From assembly GCA_965204575.1 (NCBI GenBank), contig OZ241993.1, forward strand, positions 1,344,001 through 1,408,000: a stretch of DNA of 64,000 nt, given 5' to 3'. Below the pieces are notes generated by a model, which was given only the letters and a program-made list of their open reading frames with translations, was not told the origin of the DNA and made no database searches. Below are positions 58,663-64,000 of the stretch, piece after piece. Source of the stretch: an uncultured candidatus Porisulfidus sp. GTDB taxonomy: Bacteria > Pseudomonadota > Gammaproteobacteria > Poriferisulfidales > Poriferisulfidaceae. The position numbers and the translations under genes were made by a program. The first letter of the stretch is position 1, and each line of letters begins with the position of its first letter.

Positions 58663-61440
58663 ATGTGGTTCGCGAGAGTCGCCGCCTTTTCTAGCTGTTT
58701 CTTGGCAACAATTTTCTGCGGCAGTACCTTGGTGTTGGCCGAGGAAGACGTCGAAGAAATCTCGGTCGTCGGCTCGCGAAGCCACGAGCGCTCGGCCTCC
58801 GACCTGGCCGTTCCGGTGGATGTGCTGGACTCCAGCGAATTGACCCGACAGGGCGACTCCCGGATGGACTCCATGCTGTCCAGGATCGTGCCGTCCCTCA
58901 ACGTGAGCCAGGAACCGATCAGCGATGCCGCGACATTGGTGCGCCCGGCGCAGATGCGCGGCCTGTCCCCGGATTCGACCCTGGTGCTGGTCAACGGCAA
59001 GCGCCGCCACCGTTCCTCGATTATTTCGTTCCTGGTGGCGGGCGGATCGGAAGGCTCGCACGCCCCGGATCTCTCCGCGATTCCGGCTATTGCCCTCGAC
59101 CGGGTCGAAGTGCTGCGCGACGGTGCGGCGGCCCAGTACGGCTCCGACGCGGTGGCGGGGATTTTGAATTTCGTGCTGAAGGAAGAGGCGAAAGGGGGCA
59201 GCATAGAGGCTCGCTGGGGCCGATACTACCAAGGCGATGGTGAAAATGGCACCGTGTCGTGGAATTTCGGCTTGCCTCTGACGCAGGACGGCTTTCTCAA
59301 CGTCAGCGGCGAAATCAACGAGGCCAACCCGACCAGCCGCAGCGTGCAGAGGGATGATGCGCAGGCCCTGACCGATGCGGGCAACACGCATGTGCGCACG
59401 CCTGCGGCACAAGTGTGGGGCGCGCCGGAGATCGAGGACAACTACAAGCTTTTCGCAAATGCCGGCGTGGGATTGGGCGATTCTCACGAAGCCTATGCTT
59501 TTGGCAGTTACGCCGAGCGGACCGTTGAAGGCGGTTTCTACTACCGCCATCCGCACAAGCGGGGAGGAATTTTCGAGAACCCTGACTTTGCCGGAGAGAA
59601 GGTTCTGGTGGTCGATCATACCCCCTTGGATATGATCGATTGCCCTGAGATCGACATTGTCGACGGTGTCATCGATCCGGCCGATTTGGCGGAAGTGGAA
59701 GCAGAGGATGATTGTTTTGCCTTCCATTCGCGTTTCCCGGGCGGTTTCACACCGCAGTTCGGCGGAGATATCGAGGATTCAAGCATCGCGTTTGGATTGA
59801 AGGGCGAATTCTCCGACAACCTAACCTACGACATCAGTTACGTGACCGGCAAGCATGAGGTCGATTTCTTCATGAAAAACACCATCAATCCGCAGTTGGC
59901 ATCGATGGAGGTAGACATCCCGACCCTATACAAGCCGGGGGGCTATGCCGAGGAGGATTGGACGTTCAATCTGGATTTGACCACAGAGATTGATGTCGAG
60001 GCCTTCCACTCGCCGTTGAGCGTAGGGTTCGGTATGGAGTATCGCGAAGAGGAATACGAGATCAAGCCTGGTGAAGAACGTGCTTGGTTCATTGATTACA
60101 TCCATGCGGTCGCCGACGAAGACGCGGGAATCGAAGTGGGGGATGAATTCGACGAACCGGATCTTTTGTCGATCGGTTGCGATGACTACAGGGAGTTCGT
60201 GAACAAGATCGGTGATGGGGAGATCGAGGCCAAGTATCCGAATCTCGGCATCGGGTCCAATGGTTTTCCAGGCTTCCGGCCGGAGCCGTGCATCTCGAAC
60301 AAAAACGACCGTTCCAGTTTCGCCGCCTACGTGGACTTTGAGGCGGATGTGGCCGAGAACATGCTGATGGGGCTGGCAGTCCGCCATGAAGACGCGGAGA
60401 ATTTCGAATCGACTCTCGATGGAAAATTCTCGGCCCGCTTCCAGGCGACGGACAAAGTCGCCATTCGCGGCTCGTTCAGCACCGGTTTCCGGGTCCCCAC
60501 GGTGGGTCAGGCGGAAGTCCGCAACGTCACGACCACCCTGGTCGATGGCAAGTTGACTGATGAACTGACACTCCCGCCAACAGATGCTCTCTTGCAAGGC
60601 ATCGCCGAACCGTTGGAAGCGGAAGAGTCCGTCAGTTCCGCATTTGGCACGGTGTTCAATTTTGGAGCCCTCGACGTGACCGTCGACTACTATCACATCG
60701 AGGTCAAGGATCGGATTTCATTGACGTCGACGGAGTTTCTGGATTGCCTGCTGCTGGACAAGGCGGGGTTGCGGACCGGAGACGGCGGCGGAAGGAAATC
60801 GTGCGGGAAGGGCGAGGACTTCGATATCAACCTGAATGCGCTGGATCAGCCTACCTCGGCTCGGATTGCCGGGTTGAGGGACGAATTGCGCCCGGCAGTG
60901 CCCGCTATTGATTCCGTCAACCAAGTCCGCTACTTCGCCAACGACTTCGACACGACGACGGACGGCATCGACATCGTGGCGACCTATCCGGCGGAATTCT
61001 TCGGCAGCGTGACGCAGTTGACTTTTGCCGGGAACTACAACCGCACGACGGTCGACGAATTCGACCCCAAGACCATCTCGTCCCGGACCAAGCAGCAAAT
61101 CGAAGAGGGTCGGCCGAAGATCCGCTGGTCACTGACCGCCGACCGCCAGGAGGGTCCCTGGCGAATACTGGGCCGGGTGCGGTACTACGGGACCCACGTT
61201 GATTACCACGCCCTGAGCGCCAGCTTGTTCCAGAGGGTGGATGCCCGTTTCCTGACGGATCTTGAGGTGGGCTACAACCTGACCGAGGACCTTAGTTTCG
61301 TCGTGGGGGCTGAGAACCTGTTGGACGAAGAGCCGTCGAAAAACATCTACGATAGAATTCTAGGTGCTGAGTACCCGGAATCGATCCCGTTCGACTACAA
61401 CGGCGGGTTTTACTACTTCAAGGCCGTCGCGAACTTCTAA
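58663..61440 (+). CDS. TonB-dependent receptor 2 (paralog of receptor 1)
   Basis: Same plug motifs and co-linear barrel segments; C-terminal F. Confidence 0.93.
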   Translation: MWFARVAAFSSCFLATIFCGSTLVLAEEDVEEISVVGSRSHERSASDLAVPVDVLDSSELTRQGDSRMDSMLSRIVPSLNVSQEPISDAATLVRPAQMRGLSPDSTLVLVNGKRRHRSSIISFLVAGGSEGSHAPDLSAIPAIALDRVEVLRDGAAAQYGSDAVAGILNFVLKEEAKGGSIEARWGRYYQGDGENGTVSWNFGLPLTQDGFLNVSGEINEANPTSRSVQRDDAQALTDAGNTHVRTPAAQVWGAPEIEDNYKLFANAGVGLGDSHEAYAFGSYAERTVEGGFYYRHPHKRGGIFENPDFAGEKVLVVDHTPLDMIDCPEIDIVDGVIDPADLAEVEAEDDCFAFHSRFPGGFTPQFGGDIEDSSIAFGLKGEFSDNLTYDISYVTGKHEVDFFMKNTINPQLASMEVDIPTLYKPGGYAEEDWTFNLDLTTEIDVEAFHSPLSVGFGMEYREEEYEIKPGEERAWFIDYIHAVADEDAGIEVGDEFDEPDLLSIGCDDYREFVNKIGDGEIEAKYPNLGIGSNGFPGFRPEPCISNKNDRSSFAAYVDFEADVAENMLMGLAVRHEDAENFESTLDGKFSARFQATDKVAIRGSFSTGFRVPTVGQAEVRNVTTTLVDGKLTDELTLPPTDALLQGIAEPLEAEESVSSAFGTVFNFGALDVTVDYYHIEVKDRISLTSTEFLDCLLLDKAGLRTGDGGGRKSCGKGEDFDINLNALDQPTSARIAGLRDELRPAVPAIDSVNQVRYFANDFDTTTDGIDIVATYPAEFFGSVTQLTFAGNYNRTTVDEFDPKTISSRTKQQIEEGRPKIRWSLTADRQEGPWRILGRVRYYGTHVDYHALSASLFQRVDARFLTDLEVGYNLTEDLSFVVGAENLLDEEPSKNIYDRILGAEYPESIPFDYNGGFYYFKAVANF

Positions 61441-61462
61441 GCCGAAGGGACGGGTCCAGGCG

Positions 61463-62488
61463 TCAGGCGCGGTTGTCCGGCTCTTTCGCAGGGCCCAGCA
61501 GGATGGCTGCGCCCTGGGTGTTCGGGTTGGATTCCAGTGCGAGCTTGATGATGACGGTCAGCGGGATCGAAAGCAGCATGCCGACCGGCCCGAGCAGCCA
61601 GCCCCAAAAGACCAGGGACAGGAACACCACCAGGACCGACAGGCCCAGGCGTCGGCCCATCAGGTGCGCCTCAAGAAATTGGCCGATGGCCGTGTTGATG
61701 ACGACGTAGCCAAGAATCACGGGTACCGTCATGGCGGCTCCGAGTTGCAACCAGGCCAGCAGGACGGCCGGGATGGCGGCCAGGATGGAGCCGACGTTGG
61801 GGATGTAGTTCAGCAGAAAGGCGACCAGCCCCCAAAGGATGGCATGGTCGAGGCCGAGCAATGCCAGCCATCCGGCGACCAGCACCCCGGTCAATAGGCT
61901 GGTCAGCGTTTTCGTGGCAAGGTAGCGGTTGACGCTGTCGGTGAACTGGTTCAGGGCGAAACCGGAATCCGAACCCTCGAAGGCCCGCTGGATCTTTTTG
62001 GGCAGCTCAAAAGCTTCCAGAAGGATGAATGCCACCGCCAAGAGAATCAGCAAGGCATTGGTCAGAAGCGCGCCGAACCCGCTGAGGAGGTCGGCCACCA
62101 GATTGAGGAAGAACGAGGGGTCTAGGTAGGACGACAGTCCGGCATCCAGTTCGACCCAGCCTTGTTGCGAAAGCCACTGCCCCACGTGCTCCACGTGTTC
62201 CCGAAGTTGCTCGTAGTAGATGGGCGTGGTCTGGCGGAAGCCGGTGATGGACGCACCGATCAAGGCGGCGAACCCGACGCCTGCGGCAATCAGGCCTGCG
62301 ATCACGGTCATCAGGGCGAGCAGGTTGGGGAGCCCGCGCTCCCGCAGCCATTTCATGGGCGGTTCGCACGCGATGGCGATGAAGATCGCGAGCAGGAAGG
62401 GGACGACGATCTCGCGTGCTTGCTGCAAGGCGGCGGCCACGATGACGAAGCACGTGACGGCCAGCAGGGTCTTGAGGGATGTGGACAC
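61463..62488 (-). CDS. AI-2E family transporter
   Basis: LLNYIPNVGS, SLVFWGWLLGPVGMLLSIPLT. Confidence 0.9.
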   Translation of the reverse strand: MSTSLKTLLAVTCFVIVAAALQQAREIVVPFLLAIFIAIACEPPMKWLRERGLPNLLALMTVIAGLIAAGVGFAALIGASITGFRQTTPIYYEQLREHVEHVGQWLSQQGWVELDAGLSSYLDPSFFLNLVADLLSGFGALLTNALLILLAVAFILLEAFELPKKIQRAFEGSDSGFALNQFTDSVNRYLATKTLTSLLTGVLVAGWLALLGLDHAILWGLVAFLLNYIPNVGSILAAIPAVLLAWLQLGAAMTVPVILGYVVINTAIGQFLEAHLMGRRLGLSVLVVFLSLVFWGWLLGPVGMLLSIPLTVIIKLALESNPNTQGAAILLGPAKEPDNRA

Positions 62489-62501
62489 GTCGCGATAGGC
62501 C

Positions 62502-63722
62502 CTAGGCGGTATCCAGGAGCTCGGCCTTCGGCTTGCCCAGCGTCGCCTTCAGGATGAAGAACCCGATCAGCGCCGACAGCAGGGAGCCCAGCATGATGCC
62601 GATCTTGTCCTCCACGATCAACGCGGGCATGTCGCCGTGCGCCAAAGTGGAGACGAACAGGCTCATGGTGAACCCGATGCCGCACAGGAAGGACATGCCG
62701 AGGAACGCCGGCCAGTGCACGCCGCTTGGCAGGGAGCCGAGTCTAAGCGCCGCCCCCAGCGCGGCGAACAGGCAGATTCCGATGGGCTTGCCGATCAGCA
62801 GCCCCAGCAGGACCCCGAGCGTAAGCGCGTCACCCAGGTCGGCGGGCTTCGTGTCCCACAGATAAATTCCGGCGTTGCAGAAAGCAAAGACGGGCAGGAT
62901 CCCGAAAGCGACCCAGCCGTGAAATTGGTTTTCCAACCGAGTCAGCGGGGAGTACTGGTGGTCGTGCGGAACATGGGTCGGGATCGTGAACGCCAGGAGG
63001 ATGCCGGCCATGGTGGCATGGACTCCGGACTTCAGGATGAAATACCACAAGACCACTCCGATCAGGAGGTAGGGGATGGCGCTGCTGACCTTGAATCGAT
63101 TGAGCCCGACCAGGACCACCAGGCACAATGCGGCATAGCGCAAGGCTTCCATCGACAACTCTTCGGAATAGTACAAGGCGATGATCAGCACGGCGCCAAG
63201 GTCGTCCAGGATCGCGATCGCGAGGAGGAAGATCTTGAGTCCGTAAGGGACCCGCGGGCCGAGCAGCATCAATACGCCCAATGCAAACGCGATGTCGGTT
63301 GCGGTGGGGATGGCCCAGCCCCGCATGGCGACTGGATCCTGGTAGTTGAGGCTGGTGAACAGCAAAGCGGGCACCAGCATGCCGCCGATGGCGGCGAAGG
63401 CCGGCGAGATGGCGCGGTCGACGGAGGCCAGGTGTCCCTCCATGAATTCGCGTTTGAGTTCCAGTCCGATGACGAAGAAGAAGATCGCCATCAGGAGGTC
63501 GTTGACCCACAGCAGCAGGGTCTTGTGCAGGGCGACGGGCCCGACCACCAGGGAGATCGGCGTATGCAGGAAATTCTCGTACCAGTCGTGTGCGCCGAAA
63601 TTGGTCAGGAGGATGGCGGCGGCGGCGGACGACACCAGCACGACGCTGCTGAAGGCTTCGGTTTTCCGGAAATGGCGCAGGGTATCCCGGACGTACTCGA
63701 AAGCCGAGATCAGAATTTGCAT
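62502..63722 (-). CDS. nhaA: Na+/H+ antiporter NhaA
   Basis: GLELKRE, ATDIAFALG, AILDDLG, GIGFTMSLF. Confidence 0.96.
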   Translation of the reverse strand: MQILISAFEYVRDTLRHFRKTEAFSSVVLVSSAAAAILLTNFGAHDWYENFLHTPISLVVGPVALHKTLLLWVNDLLMAIFFFVIGLELKREFMEGHLASVDRAISPAFAAIGGMLVPALLFTSLNYQDPVAMRGWAIPTATDIAFALGVLMLLGPRVPYGLKIFLLAIAILDDLGAVLIIALYYSEELSMEALRYAALCLVVLVGLNRFKVSSAIPYLLIGVVLWYFILKSGVHATMAGILLAFTIPTHVPHDHQYSPLTRLENQFHGWVAFGILPVFAFCNAGIYLWDTKPADLGDALTLGVLLGLLIGKPIGICLFAALGAALRLGSLPSGVHWPAFLGMSFLCGIGFTMSLFVSTLAHGDMPALIVEDKIGIMLGSLLSALIGFFILKATLGKPKAELLDTA

Positions 63723-63845
63723 GGAAATCTTCGAAGAAAGAAAATTCTTGGATTTGCGACACTATTGTAACTGTCCGCGTGCAGGGAAACGGGTGCCCGG
63801 TGATAATATGCGCCGCACGGACTTTCCGAATACTTAGCCTTTCAC

Positions 63846-64000
63846 ATGCAGGAACGCTACGACCCCGAAGCCGTAGAACAGGAAGCCCAAAAATACTGGC
63901 GGGAAAACGATTGCTTCTCCGCGCAGGAGAAGCCGGGCGAGCGCAAGTTCTACTGCCTGTCCATGTTTCCATACCCCAGCGGCCGGTTGCACATGGGGCA
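63846..64000 (+). CDS. leuS: Leucine-tRNA ligase, 5' part
   Basis: [18 protein letters not shown]...[18 protein letters not shown]. Confidence 0.93.
   Translation, partial: MQERYDPEAVEQEAQKYWRENDCFSAQEKPGERKFYCLSMFPYPSGRLHMG

Overview
GC-rich gammaproteobacterial chromosome segment with an accessory region of about 10.8 kb followed by mostly core genes. The core part contains hflKC-hisZ-purA, queA-tgt-yajC-secDF, suhB, the iscRSUA-hscBA-fdx-iscX operon, adk, cytochrome c5, ubiK, rluC, five tRNAs with tuf-secE-nusG-rplKAJL-rpoBC, moaAB, H4MPT/methanofuran-type C1 cofactor genes with pabB, two paralogous TonB-dependent receptors, an AI-2E transporter, nhaA and the start of leuS. Several toxin-antitoxin modules and a low-GC restriction-modification pair are inserted among these genes. 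The best candidate for an undescribed system lies at 1.5-9.8 kb, between IS remnants. It is a MacAB-TolC-type exporter whose periplasmic adaptor carries an N-terminal PAS domain. Around it are three intact genes and one decayed gene for small Sec-exported proteins. These share a six-cysteine scaffold, two share a conserved promoter and signal peptide, and their mature regions are highly divergent and loosely resemble a cyanovirin-N repeat. A palindromic repeat present in three copies lies alongside. All calls come from reading the sequence by eye; no searches were run.
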